Source: Pseudomonadota bacterium (GTDB lineage: Bacteria > Bdellovibrionota_B > Oligoflexia > Oligoflexales > CAIYRB01). Taken from it: a stretch of 64,000 nucleotides of DNA. The position numbers and the translations under genes were made by a program. The notes below the pieces were generated by a model. That model saw only the letters and a list, made by a program, of their open reading frames with translations. It had not been told where the DNA came from and did no database searches. Every line of letters begins with the position of its first letter. Position 1 is the first letter of the stretch. The stretch spans positions 1 through 64,000 of the forward strand of contig JANOTL010000153.1 in NCBI GenBank assembly GCA_031416315.1, in the 5' to 3' direction. This document shows positions 19,069 through 28,514 of the stretch, piece by piece.

Positions 19069-19941
19069 ATGACCACGACCACGCTCAAGCTCGCCGCCAT
19101 CTCGATGACCAGCACGTCGAATAAGGACGTGAACGTCGAAACCGCCTTGAACATGATCCGCGAAGCCGCCGAAAAGGGCGCCGAGTGGGTGCAGATTCCG
19201 GAGATGTTCGCCTTCCACGGCCCTTACGACCAAGTCCACGCGATGGCGGAGCTCGAGGGCGGCCCGGTCTACGGCATGCTGTCGGACATCGCAAAGCAGC
19301 TGAAAATCGTGCTGATCGCGGGCACGATGGGCGAACGCGCCGACAACGACGTCATGGCGACTGCCTTGCGCACGAATTCGAAAGGCGACACCAAAGTCTA
19401 CAACACCGCCTACGTCTTCAATCGTAGCGGCGAGCGGATCGCAAAGTACCGCAAGGCGCACCTTTTCAGCTTGGACGACAAGGTCGCCGGCGCCCTCTAC
19501 AACGAGAGCGAAGGCTACCTGCCCGGCGACAAGGCCGTGACGACGGAGATCGACGGCTGGAAGGTCGGTCTCTCGATCTGCTACGACCTGCGTTTCCCGC
19601 GGTTCTACGACATGCTGGAAAAGGGCGGCGCGCCCGAGATCCTTCTGGTCCCTTCGGCCTTCACGAAGGGCACGGGAATGCACCATTGGGAGCTGCTTCT
19701 CCGCGCCCGCGCCGTCGAGCGCCAGGCCTTCGTCTTCGCCGCCAACCAGGTCGGGCTGCACGGACCCGGCAAGGAATCGTTCGGCCACTCCATGATCGTC
19801 GACCCTTGGGGCAAGGTCCTCGCGTCCACCGGCGAGCTGCCGGGAATCGCGTACGCCACGATCGAACGCACGGCGCTCGAGGAAGCGCGCGGGAAGCTGC
19901 CGGCCCTGAAGAACCGCAGGCCCGAACTCTACGGCAGTTGA
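19069..19941 (+). CDS. Carbon-nitrogen hydrolase (Nit1-like amidase)
   Basis: PE, YRK.HLF, ICYDLRFP, RARAVE motifs. Confidence 0.9.
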   Translation: MTTTTLKLAAISMTSTSNKDVNVETALNMIREAAEKGAEWVQIPEMFAFHGPYDQVHAMAELEGGPVYGMLSDIAKQLKIVLIAGTMGERADNDVMATALRTNSKGDTKVYNTAYVFNRSGERIAKYRKAHLFSLDDKVAGALYNESEGYLPGDKAVTTEIDGWKVGLSICYDLRFPRFYDMLEKGGAPEILLVPSAFTKGTGMHHWELLLRARAVERQAFVFAANQVGLHGPGKESFGHSMIVDPWGKVLASTGELPGIAYATIERTALEEARGKLPALKNRRPELYGS

Positions 19942-19973
19942 TTCCGGTCGTTCGCTGCACTACATTGTAGGGC

Positions 19974-20258
19974 ATGTACTTTGAGTGGGACGCGGCAAAA
20001 GCTGCGGGAAATCTGAAAAAACACGGCATCTCGTTCGAGATGGCGGCGACGGTCTTCGACGACCCCCTGCATCTGTCCATCCGGGACGGCACGGCTTCCG
20101 GCGAAGAGCGTTGGGTCTCGGTTGGCCTCGCCGCCGATCGAAAGACTTTGGTTGTAGTTCACGCCTTTCGGTCGAGTATTGGCGGTGAATCAGTGCGGAT
20201 CATTTCGGCGCGCCTGGCGACGAAGCGAGAAAAGAGACAGTATGAAAAAGGAATATGA
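19974..20258 (+). CDS. brnT: BrnT-family toxin
   Basis: FEWDAAKAAGNLKKHGISFE...RIISARLATKRE. Confidence 0.92.
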   Translation: MYFEWDAAKAAGNLKKHGISFEMAATVFDDPLHLSIRDGTASGEERWVSVGLAADRKTLVVVHAFRSSIGGESVRIISARLATKREKRQYEKGI

Positions 20259-20466
20259 CTTCGCAGAAGGTGTTCGCGGCCGCTTCCACCGCCCGAAGCG
20301 CGTCCAGAAAACATTGCGCTTGGACGAGGATGTCTTGAAGTTCTTTCAAGACATGGCAAAGACGGCAGGGATCCCCTACCAGACGCTGATCAACCTCACG
20401 TTGCGAAAATTCGCGGTCGAGGACGGCGAAATCGTCGTCGGCAGCAAAAGAACCCGACGCGCCTGA
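20242..20466 (+). CDS. brnA: BrnA-family antitoxin
   Basis: MKKEYDF...TLRLDEDVL.FF...PYQTLIN; overlaps brnT. Confidence 0.9.
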   Translation: MKKEYDFAEGVRGRFHRPKRVQKTLRLDEDVLKFFQDMAKTAGIPYQTLINLTLRKFAVEDGEIVVGSKRTRRA

Positions 20467-20502
20467 GCGGCGCTGCGCGCGGGCGGTTATTTTTATGTTT
20501 AA

Positions 20503-20515
20503 TATCAACGTGTTG
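20503..20515 (+). promoter_or_regulatory. IHF-like binding site
   Basis: TATCAA-CGTG-TTG matches WATCAA-N4-TTR, with an AT tract upstream. Confidence 0.5.
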
Positions 20516-20582
20516 CTTGGTCCCTAAATCTCTCCGCGCATCCTCCGATCCATAGGACTGAACCCTTTCGGAAGGAACCCGG

Positions 20583-20876
20583 ATGTCCGCAGAACCGATG
20601 CGCGCACGCATGGATTTGCTCGAGCGCACCGTCATGGAGCTCGGCAGCGAGCTCTACGCGATGCGCAGCGCGCAGGAGAAGAATCGCGCGGGCCACGACC
20701 AGTTTCTCAGCATCCTCAAAGGGCTGAAGCAGCTGCTCGACGAGAAAGGCCTGATCACGCACGAGGATTTCGACGCCGCCGTCGAGCTCGGCGAAGCGAT
20801 CGAACGCTTCAACACGCAGAACGAGACCGCGCAGATCCATGCGCAGCACGAGAAAGCGAAGAAAGCAGGTCATTGA
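20583..20876 (+). CDS. Hypothetical coiled-coil protein
   Basis: AAGGA RBS, host-like codon usage, helical heptad pattern. Confidence 0.7.
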   Translation: MSAEPMRARMDLLERTVMELGSELYAMRSAQEKNRAGHDQFLSILKGLKQLLDEKGLITHEDFDAAVELGEAIERFNTQNETAQIHAQHEKAKKAGH

Positions 20877-20877
20877 C

Positions 20878-22143
20878 GTGAAGACCTACGTTCCCGCCCT
20901 CCTGGCGCTCCTCCTCGCCGCGGCCCCAGCGGCCGCGCAGAACGAGTTCGGCCCGCCGGACAATAACAATGCCGGTGCCAACAACGCGGGCGGCAACAAC
21001 GCCGGCAACAACGCAGGCAACAACGAAGGCGGCAACAACAACGCAGGCGGGAACAACAACGCAGGCGGGAACGACAACGCAGGCGTGAACAACAACGCAG
21101 GCGGGAACAACAACGCAGGCGGGAACTACAACGCTGGCGGGAACAACAACGCGGGCGGGAACAACAACGCAGGCGGCGAAAACGGCGCCTTCGAAGACGA
21201 CGCCATGGAAAACGACAACGGCGGCGGCAACCAAGAAGCGCCGGTGAACAACGCGCCGCCCGAGGAAGAGCCGCCGATCAACAACGTTCCGATGAACGTC
21301 CCCGTCAACAACGTGCCCGCCAACGTCCCAGCTAACGTCCCGGCTAACGTGCCGCCGACCGAAGAACAGCCCCCTGCGAACACGCCGCCGCCGACCGATC
21401 TGCCGCCGTTCGAAGGCAAGCTGGACTACACCTACCAATTTGATCATCGCGGCACGCCGTCTTTCCACACGTACAAACTCCACTGGGATTCGCCCGAGGG
21501 CAACCTCCAGTACATCGAGATCCTCGTCACCGAAACCCAGGAAGTCCTGCAGAAGATCGCGATTCCGCAAGACAAGGTGAAGCTCGTCATCCGCGATCTC
21601 GCGACCAAAAAGGACCGCATGCGGGAGAAGATCCTGGATGCGATGGATTACAACTTCGACAAGTTCTCCGACCTCCGCCTTCTCGCTGGCTGGCCCTACA
21701 AGGCCGGCGCGAAGAAATATCTGGTCTGGATCTTCGACGAGGCGTCGAACCGTTACGTTCTGAACGAGGAGATCTCCGGCCTCCCCGCGCCCTTGCCGAA
21801 CGTCAAGACGGGCCGCATCGAGTCGACGACCCTTCTCGGCTACGCCGGCTGGGAATACGAGAAGCGTACGTATTCGATCAATAAGAAGCTGAAGCTCCGC
21901 GTTCAGTCGGTCGTAACGCAGAAAATCCGCGAGACCAAGCCCAACGCCTACACCCGCGAAGTGCGCCTGCGCATCAACGGCGACTTGCAGCGCGTCTGCC
22001 GCCTGCGCGTGCCGGCCGAGGGCGTTCCCGAGCGTCTCTCCGGCAACAAAGAGCTTTGTCGCAAGTACATGACGAAGGAAACGCCCACGACCGGAGAGAG
22101 GGTCGAGGGCGCCGTGAAGTCACCTTGGAAGATGAAGAAATAG
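20878..22143 (+). CDS. Secreted protein with Asn/Gly and NVPA repeats and a globular C-terminal domain
   Basis: Signal peptide ending AAA-Q; (N)NNAGG repeats; DYNFDKFSDL calcium-loop-like motif. Confidence 0.8.
   Translation: MKTYVPALLALLLAAAPAAAQNEFGPPDNNNAGANNAGGNNAGNNAGNNEGGNNNAGGNNNAGGNDNAGVNNNAGGNNNAGGNYNAGGNNNAGGNNNAGGENGAFEDDAMENDNGGGNQEAPVNNAPPEEEPPINNVPMNVPVNNVPANVPANVPANVPPTEEQPPANTPPPTDLPPFEGKLDYTYQFDHRGTPSFHTYKLHWDSPEGNLQYIEILVTETQEVLQKIAIPQDKVKLVIRDLATKKDRMREKILDAMDYNFDKFSDLRLLAGWPYKAGAKKYLVWIFDEASNRYVLNEEISGLPAPLPNVKTGRIESTTLLGYAGWEYEKRTYSINKKLKLRVQSVVTQKIRETKPNAYTREVRLRINGDLQRVCRLRVPAEGVPERLSGNKELCRKYMTKETPTTGERVEGAVKSPWKMKK
20962..21177 (+). repeat. Coding tandem repeat, ~18-nt unit AACAACAACGCAGGCGGG (NNNAGG)
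   Basis: About a dozen imperfect copies read directly from the sequence. Confidence 0.9.
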
Positions 22144-22144
22144 T

Positions 22145-23815
22145 TCAGGGCGTCGTGTAGGGAGCGCTGATCTCGAAGCGATACGTCGCGTCGCCGATCA
22201 TGTAGGACACCGACACGCGTTGGAGCGCCGAAACGGCGATCGACTCGTCGAGCGTACCGCTGAGATGAGCGGCATCGCCATCGATCGCCTCAAGCTCAGC
22301 GTAGGCGTAGGTTCCAGTCCGGTTAGAGGCGTTGATCTCGACGTTCGACACGATTTTCTTGAGGGCCGTGGTGTCGGTGACCGACGCGTATTCCGTGCCG
22401 TTCCAGATGTTCCAACCGACCGTTGCCCCCGTGAGCTTCTGGTCGGACGAGACCGCGAACGCGATCGTCGGCATGTAGACGCGCGCGTGGCCGCTCGCGT
22501 CGAGAGGCGCCATGGAGGCGACGTCATAGCGGGCAATCTCGACACCATCGTAATTGACCTTCCAAACTCCGGCGGGAAGGTCGCCGACGAAGGTGCCGAA
22601 AGTTAGCGAGTAGAATGGCTTGGCGTCGTCGTCGAGGTACTTGTTCGCGTAAAATCCATAGCTGCCACAAGACGAGGTTCCGCCGCCGCTGGGGTAAACG
22701 GTCGCGTCGGCGTTGGAGATCTCTGCCTTGCTGTTGTCGACGCTACCAACCGTGACCACGGCTGACGGCACCAAGCTCAAGAGCTTTTGCGCCGGGCCGC
22801 AGATGCCGTCGAAATCGAAGGGCATGTCGACGCCGGATTTCGATCCGAGCTCGAGGCTGACGCCATTGTAGGCAAGAGTCTCGGGGCCGACTTCTGCGGC
22901 GAGAACGGCCGCCATGTCGGCGTCGCGCTGCATCCAATTGAACGAAGCGTCGAGCTCGAGCGTGCCGTTCATATACACGTTTTTCAAACCTTTCAAGGCG
23001 CCGGAGCTACGCGCGAGGCCGTCAATCGCGCCGGCGGCCAGCGAGAAAGACTTTTCGGCGGTCTGCTCGGTCTGCACGACGTCATCTGTGCCTGCGACGA
23101 TCTTGCCGAGCTCGACATTGCCGAGGAGCGTCTGCGAGTCGAAAGCGATGAGGTTGCCGGCGGCAGCCGTCGGCATGCCGATGAAACGGAAGCTCGCCGC
23201 CTCGGCGGTCTTGTCGCCGGTGGCACTGGGCTTATACGCCACGAACATCGTCATCGTGCCCAAGGTGCGGAGCTCGGTGACCCGTTTGGCCATCTCAGTC
23301 TGGTAATCGGCCTCTGTGATGCCGCTTTCGATTTGTTGGACGTAACGATCGATCATGGCGACCGGCTTGCCTTCGGTTTCGACGAGGATCGTCGCGACAG
23401 CGCGGTTGTCGCGCGCCGCGGCCGCGACCGCCATATGCGCCTCGAGCTGGTCGGCGAGGTCGTGGCCACGCGCGACGCTTCCCGTGAAGTGACCGTCAGC
23501 GTCGACGACGAGCTTTTTCGGCTCGCCGGACTGGCGGCCGCCGCGCAGCGTGAACTGCATGACGCCGTGGGTCGCGTCAGCAAGTGCGCCGGCGCTCAAT
23601 GTTCCGCCAACGGTGACGCTCGTCTCGGCCGTGGCGACGACGCTGGCCGCTGGTGGCGTTTTAGTTCCGCCACCGCCCGTCGCCGCCGGTGGCGAGGTGG
23701 TGGTGTCCGAGGGAGTCTCTTCCTCCTCCACCGGCTCACCGCAGGCGGTCAGACCGAGGAGAGCCAGCGGCACCAACATGGCGACGAATCGTTTCGAGCA
23801 ATTGGTACGGATCAT
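22145..23815 (-). CDS. Hypothetical lipoprotein
   Basis: Lipobox LTAC, 556-aa ORF, GGGGAG RBS. Confidence 0.75.
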   Translation of the reverse strand: MIRTNCSKRFVAMLVPLALLGLTACGEPVEEEETPSDTTTSPPAATGGGGTKTPPAASVVATAETSVTVGGTLSAGALADATHGVMQFTLRGGRQSGEPKKLVVDADGHFTGSVARGHDLADQLEAHMAVAAAARDNRAVATILVETEGKPVAMIDRYVQQIESGITEADYQTEMAKRVTELRTLGTMTMFVAYKPSATGDKTAEAASFRFIGMPTAAAGNLIAFDSQTLLGNVELGKIVAGTDDVVQTEQTAEKSFSLAAGAIDGLARSSGALKGLKNVYMNGTLELDASFNWMQRDADMAAVLAAEVGPETLAYNGVSLELGSKSGVDMPFDFDGICGPAQKLLSLVPSAVVTVGSVDNSKAEISNADATVYPSGGGTSSCGSYGFYANKYLDDDAKPFYSLTFGTFVGDLPAGVWKVNYDGVEIARYDVASMAPLDASGHARVYMPTIAFAVSSDQKLTGATVGWNIWNGTEYASVTDTTALKKIVSNVEINASNRTGTYAYAELEAIDGDAAHLSGTLDESIAVSALQRVSVSYMIGDATYRFEISAPYTTP

Positions 23816-23912
23816 CGAACGGATCTCCCCTAGGCTTATAGTCTCAAGCCATATCGAGAGGACTCATCCGAAGTCTTAGGCCATTCTTGTTGAGTCCAGT
23901 GAAATCAGCAGA

Positions 23913-25493
23913 TTACGGCCCGCTACCGCCACGCTCGCCACCGCGCTTGTCGAGACCGTACTTCTCGACCTTCATGATCAGGCCGGCGCGGCTGATGCCG
24001 AGCTCTTTCGCGAGCCGCGACTTATTCCATCGCGTTCTCTCGAGGCCTTCCTTGATCATCTCTTTCTCGAGCTCTTCGAGCGCGTCCTTCAGACGACCGT
24101 TAACGCGGTAGCCCGGGTACTTGTTCTTGGCGTTCTCGATGATGTGGCTGGAGAGGCACTCGGGGGAGACGACGGCGTCGGAGCCCGCGAGGACGCAGAG
24201 TCGTTCGATCTCGTTCTCGAGCTCGCGGACGTTGCCCGGCCAGTCGTGGTTCACGAGGCGCTCGAGCGTGCCCTTGTCGAGCTCCTTCTTCGGCGCGCCG
24301 CTTTCCTTGCCGTACTTCGTCAGGAAGTGCTCGGCAAGGATCGGGATGTCTTCCTTGCGGTCGCGCAGCGGCGGGACCGTGAGGTTGATGACCTTCAGGC
24401 GGTAATAGAGGTCTTCGCGGAAAATACCCTCTTTCACGGCGCGCTGAAGCTCGCGGTTCGTCGCCGCGAGGATGCGCACGTTGACGCGCTTCATCACCGT
24501 CGCGCCGACCGGCGTGAACGTGCCTTCTTGCAGAACGCGGAGCATCTTCACCTGCATCGACATCGACGTTTCGCCGATCTCGTCGAGGAAGAGCGTGCCG
24601 CCGTCGGCCTCTTCGAAGAGACCCTTCTTGTCTTTGATCGCGCCGGTGAACGACCCCTTCATGTGGCCGAAGAGCTCGCTCTCGAGGAGGTTCTCATTGA
24701 AGGCGCCGCAGTTGATGACGACGAACTTCCTGTCCTTGCGCCGGCTATTGTAGTGCAGCGCTTTGGCGATCAGCTCTTTACCGGTACCGTTCTCGCCGTT
24801 GATGAGGACGGTCGCCTCGGAGTCGCAGACGCGGTCTAGGAGGCGGTAGAGGTCCTGCATCGGCGCTGCCTTGCCGATCATGCGGTCGAAGCCGTAGCGA
24901 ACGCCCAGCTCTTTCGAAAGCTCGGTGACCTTGTCGGACTCGTCGGAGACGCGCTTCTGCGAGACGATGATCTCCTCGACGACCATCTCGATCAGCTCGG
25001 TGAGGTACGAGATGTCCTTGTCGCTCAAGATCGGCAGCGCGTCGATGTGCGAAATCAGCTCGGCCTCGGATCCCGGGAAGGTCCGCTCGAGGAAGGACTT
25101 GATCCGCGACTTCTGCTCGGCGACGCTGTCGGCGACGAGGAAGCCGTCCCCGAACACGCAGCCCATGTACTTGCCTTCGACGCGGATCGGCACCGTGATC
25201 GTCGAGAAGCCGGCGTGGCAACGCGAGACCTTGGCGTCCTTCGTGCGCGTGCCTTCGACCGTCGTCTGGCGCGCTGTGCCGCGGCAGGCCTCGAAGCCCT
25301 TGTTGTTGCCCGTCACCGCTCGGCAGATCGGGTTCAAAGGATTGAAGAACTTCCCGTCGGGAACGCCGCGGAGCAGTCCCTTGGTATCCGTAAAGTTGAT
25401 CTGGATCTGCCACCACCTGCCGACCAGCTCGCGCAGGCGCCGAATGACGTGCAGCTTATCGAAATCGCTCCAACGAACTTTGTCCGTCGACAT
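23913..25493 (-). CDS. sigma54-dependent enhancer-binding protein with an N-terminal PocR sensor domain
   Basis: PocR Cys pattern (C..C..CHAG); GENGTGKE, GSFTGA, FLDE, WPGNVREL, Fis HTH. Confidence 0.92.
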   Translation of the reverse strand: MSTDKVRWSDFDKLHVIRRLRELVGRWWQIQINFTDTKGLLRGVPDGKFFNPLNPICRAVTGNNKGFEACRGTARQTTVEGTRTKDAKVSRCHAGFSTITVPIRVEGKYMGCVFGDGFLVADSVAEQKSRIKSFLERTFPGSEAELISHIDALPILSDKDISYLTELIEMVVEEIIVSQKRVSDESDKVTELSKELGVRYGFDRMIGKAAPMQDLYRLLDRVCDSEATVLINGENGTGKELIAKALHYNSRRKDRKFVVINCGAFNENLLESELFGHMKGSFTGAIKDKKGLFEEADGGTLFLDEIGETSMSMQVKMLRVLQEGTFTPVGATVMKRVNVRILAATNRELQRAVKEGIFREDLYYRLKVINLTVPPLRDRKEDIPILAEHFLTKYGKESGAPKKELDKGTLERLVNHDWPGNVRELENEIERLCVLAGSDAVVSPECLSSHIIENAKNKYPGYRVNGRLKDALEELEKEMIKEGLERTRWNKSRLAKELGISRAGLIMKVEKYGLDKRGGERGGSGP

Positions 25494-25530
25494 GTCACTC
25501 TCCTGACGCAGGGGATGCCTTCAAGGCCCC

Positions 25531-25558
25531 TCTTCGGCAGGAATGACGACTTTCTTTA
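25531..25558 (-). promoter_or_regulatory. sigma28-like promoter
   Basis: TAAA-N16-GCCGAAGA upstream of the PocR regulator. Confidence 0.6.
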
Positions 25559-25634
25559 CACCCCAAAAGGACCGTCTAAACGGCCGGATATCGAAACGGC
25601 TGACTGAAAGCTAGGCAGTCCGTCTACTTACGGT

Positions 25635-26264
25635 TCAGTTACTGTCCGTAATCTTGACAGTTTTGGGCAACGTGAAAGCGTCGGCTTTTACCTTGTTGCG
25701 CGACGGAGTCTTGAAGTCGTGCGCGAGGTAGTCCGTGCTCTTCATCGTCAGCTTCAAAAAGCTGATGTACGAGTCCTTCTGGCTCAGGTGCAGCTCGACG
25801 CCGGTGACGTCGCCCTCGGTCTTCGGGGTCAGCTCTACCTTCACGAGGTCGCCGTCCTGCTCCGCCTTCTTCAGCTCGTAACGCTTGAGCAAGGAGTCGA
25901 AGTTGAGGACCAGGTCGACGATTTGCTTCAGGTCGTAGGACTGTGGGCCCGTCGGCGAGTAGCGCACGGCGGAGTTCGAGCCGGGGTTGTACTCGAAGAA
26001 GCTCTTGCCGTCGAAGACGAGGTACTGCTGCACCGGCTTCTCCAGCATCCACTTGAAGCTCGAGGGCTTCGAGAAGATGGCGCGGCCCTCGCGCCTAGAT
26101 GTCTTGTCCCGCAGCTTCGAGTACTTGGTCTGCACAAAGTCGACGCTCATTGAGTCGGTCGCTTTCATCTTGCTTTGGATCACGCGCAGCTCGTCGACCG
26201 ACAACTCCTTCGCCGACGCCGTGCCCCAAGCCAACGCCAAAATGATCGCCAGGACCGACTTCAT
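25635..26264 (-). CDS. lolA: Outer-membrane lipoprotein carrier LolA family
   Basis: Signal peptide; DFVQ...G..FSKP.FKW...P..Q.LV.DG pattern; FTLP C-terminus. Confidence 0.85.
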   Translation of the reverse strand: MKSVLAIILALAWGTASAKELSVDELRVIQSKMKATDSMSVDFVQTKYSKLRDKTSRREGRAIFSKPSSFKWMLEKPVQQYLVFDGKSFFEYNPGSNSAVRYSPTGPQSYDLKQIVDLVLNFDSLLKRYELKKAEQDGDLVKVELTPKTEGDVTGVELHLSQKDSYISFLKLTMKSTDYLAHDFKTPSRNKVKADAFTLPKTVKITDSN

Positions 26265-26791
26265 CCTTCGCCCTTCCCTCGCAAAATGACCGTCTTCAAA
26301 AGCTCGAGCGCCTTCTCCGACGCCTGCTCGCGGATGCTATCACGATCGCCGATGAGGGCCAGCTGAGCGCTTTGGGTCCCGCCAGGCCCCGATGCGGCGA
26401 CGAAGACCGTCCCGACCGGTTTCGCGGCCGTACCGCCGTCCGGGCCCGCGATTCCGGTCACGGCGACGCCGAATGTGGCGCCGACCCGCGTGCGCGCCCC
26501 TTCGGCCATGGCGCCCGCGACCTCGGCGCTGACGGCCCCGCGGCGCGCGATCAAGTCGGCGGCGACTCCAAGGAGATTTTCTTTGACGGCGTTGGCGTAG
26601 GCAGAGACCCCGCCGACGTAGACGTCGGAGCTCCCGGCAGCGCGCGTCAAGAGAAAGGCGAGGATTCCCCCGGTGCAGCTCTCCGCCGTCGCGACGGTCG
26701 CGCCGCGCTGGCGCAGAGCCTCCTGCACCTCGCGGATCAAAGTCCGAAAGTGATCGAAGCCCTTCAGGTTTCCGGGTGCCTCAGGCATCAT
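26261..26791 (-). CDS. pncC: CinA C-terminal domain / NMN deamidase
   Basis: ATAESCTGG, GAVS, TGIAGP.GG, KPVGTV. Confidence 0.9.
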   Translation of the reverse strand: MMPEAPGNLKGFDHFRTLIREVQEALRQRGATVATAESCTGGILAFLLTRAAGSSDVYVGGVSAYANAVKENLLGVAADLIARRGAVSAEVAGAMAEGARTRVGATFGVAVTGIAGPDGGTAAKPVGTVFVAASGPGGTQSAQLALIGDRDSIREQASEKALELLKTVILRGKGEG

Positions 26792-26821
26792 AGCTACTAC
26801 CCGCTATCAGGAGCCCTCTCG

Positions 26822-28510
26822 ATGAGCCACGACTGGTATAAATTCTATCCCGCCGGCGTCCAGCGCGAGATCGACACGTCCGTGTTCAAAAGCATCGCGC
26901 AGGCCCTCGAGACGGCCGTCCAGAAGCACTCCGACCGCATCGCCTTGACCTGCATGGGCGCCGACCTCACCTACCGGCAGTTCGACCGGCTCGCGAGCCA
27001 GTTCGCGTCCTACCTCCAGCATACGCTGGGACTGAGGAAAGGGGACCGGCTCGCGATCATGGTCCCGAACGTGCTGCAGTTTCCGATCGTTTTCTTCGCC
27101 GCGCAAAAAATCGGCGTCGTCTGCGTCAACACCAACCCGCTCTACACCCCTCGGGAGATGCGCCACCAGTTCAAGGACAGCGGCGCGAAGGCGATCGTGA
27201 TCGTGGACCTCTTCGTCCACAATCTCGAGCAGATCATCAAGGAAACCGACATCAAGCACATCGTCGTCACCGGACTCGGGGACTCCCTGCCTGCCTGGAA
27301 GGGCCTCATGGTCGGCACGGTCCTGAAGATCAAGGGTATGATCCCGAAGCACGGCCTCACGGTCACCGGCTTCAAGGCAGCCCTCGCCGAAGGCGCGAAA
27401 AAGCCCGTAGACAAGGTCGACGTCGGCCCGGACGACATCGCCGTCCTGCAGTACACGGGCGGCACGACCGGCGTCTCCAAAGGCGCGATGCTGCTCCAGC
27501 GCAACATCCTGGCCAACATGCTCCAGATCAAGAACGTCGCGCACGTCCTGATCAAAGAAGGCGAAGAAACCGTGCTTACGGCGCTGCCGCTGTACCACAT
27601 CTTCGCGCTCGCGGTGAACTTCCTCGCCTTCGTCGCCATGGGCCAGCGCATGGTTCTCGTGCCGAAGCCGGTCCCCGTCGACAACCTGCTCAAGATCTTC
27701 AAGAAGTACGACATCACCGTGATGACCGGCGTCAACACGCTGTTCAACGCGCTCGCGAATCACGCGGGATTCAAGGCCAACCCGCCGCGCACCTTGAAGA
27801 TCGCGCTCGGCGGCGGCATGGCCGTCCAAGAGGCTGTGAACAAGCAGTGGCAGAAGCTCACGGGTCAGCCGATCGTCGAAGGCTTCGGCCTCACCGAGTC
27901 CTCGCCGGTGACCCACGTCAATCCCTTGAACGAAAATATGCGCATCGGCTTCGTCGGCATCCCTGTCGCCTCGACCGACGCGAAGGTCGTCGACCCTGAA
28001 GGCAAAGAGGTGCCGATCGGCGAGCCAGGCGAGCTCATCATCAAGGGTCCGCAGGTGATGGCTGGCTACTGGCAGCGCCCTGAAGAGACCGCAAATACCA
28101 TAAAGAACGGCTGGCTCTGGACGGGCGACATCGCGCGTCGCGACCACGACGGCTTCTTTCAGATCGTCGACCGCAAAAAGGACATGATCCTGGTGTCGGG
28201 ATTCAACGTCTTCCCGAACGAGGTCGAGGAAGTCCTCGTCTCGCATCCGAAGGTGCTTGAAGCTGCCGTCATCGGGATCCCCGACGAGCAGTCGGGCGAG
28301 GCGGTCAAGGCCTTCATCGTCGCTAAGGATCCCTCGTTGACCGTCGAAGAGCTGCGCAAGCACTGTACGGAGCAGCTGACGGGCTATAAGCGCCCGCGCC
28401 ACTTCGAGATGCGCAAAGACCTGCCGAAGTCAAACATCGGCAAGATCCTACGTCGCGAGCTCCGAGACGCCCCTGCCGCCAACTCGGCGGCGCAGCATAA
28501 GACATCCTGA
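26822..28510 (+). CDS. fadD: Long-chain fatty acid-CoA ligase
   Basis: QYTGGTTGVSKGAML, GFGLTE, TGDIA, PKSNIGKILRR. Confidence 0.93.
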   Translation: MSHDWYKFYPAGVQREIDTSVFKSIAQALETAVQKHSDRIALTCMGADLTYRQFDRLASQFASYLQHTLGLRKGDRLAIMVPNVLQFPIVFFAAQKIGVVCVNTNPLYTPREMRHQFKDSGAKAIVIVDLFVHNLEQIIKETDIKHIVVTGLGDSLPAWKGLMVGTVLKIKGMIPKHGLTVTGFKAALAEGAKKPVDKVDVGPDDIAVLQYTGGTTGVSKGAMLLQRNILANMLQIKNVAHVLIKEGEETVLTALPLYHIFALAVNFLAFVAMGQRMVLVPKPVPVDNLLKIFKKYDITVMTGVNTLFNALANHAGFKANPPRTLKIALGGGMAVQEAVNKQWQKLTGQPIVEGFGLTESSPVTHVNPLNENMRIGFVGIPVASTDAKVVDPEGKEVPIGEPGELIIKGPQVMAGYWQRPEETANTIKNGWLWTGDIARRDHDGFFQIVDRKKDMILVSGFNVFPNEVEEVLVSHPKVLEAAVIGIPDEQSGEAVKAFIVAKDPSLTVEELRKHCTEQLTGYKRPRHFEMRKDLPKSNIGKILRRELRDAPAANSAAQHKTS

Positions 28511-28514
28511 CTTT

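Noticed and set aside
20962..21350. Tandem repeats as a possible CRISPR array
   Set aside because: In-frame coding repeats without unique spacers; no cas genes
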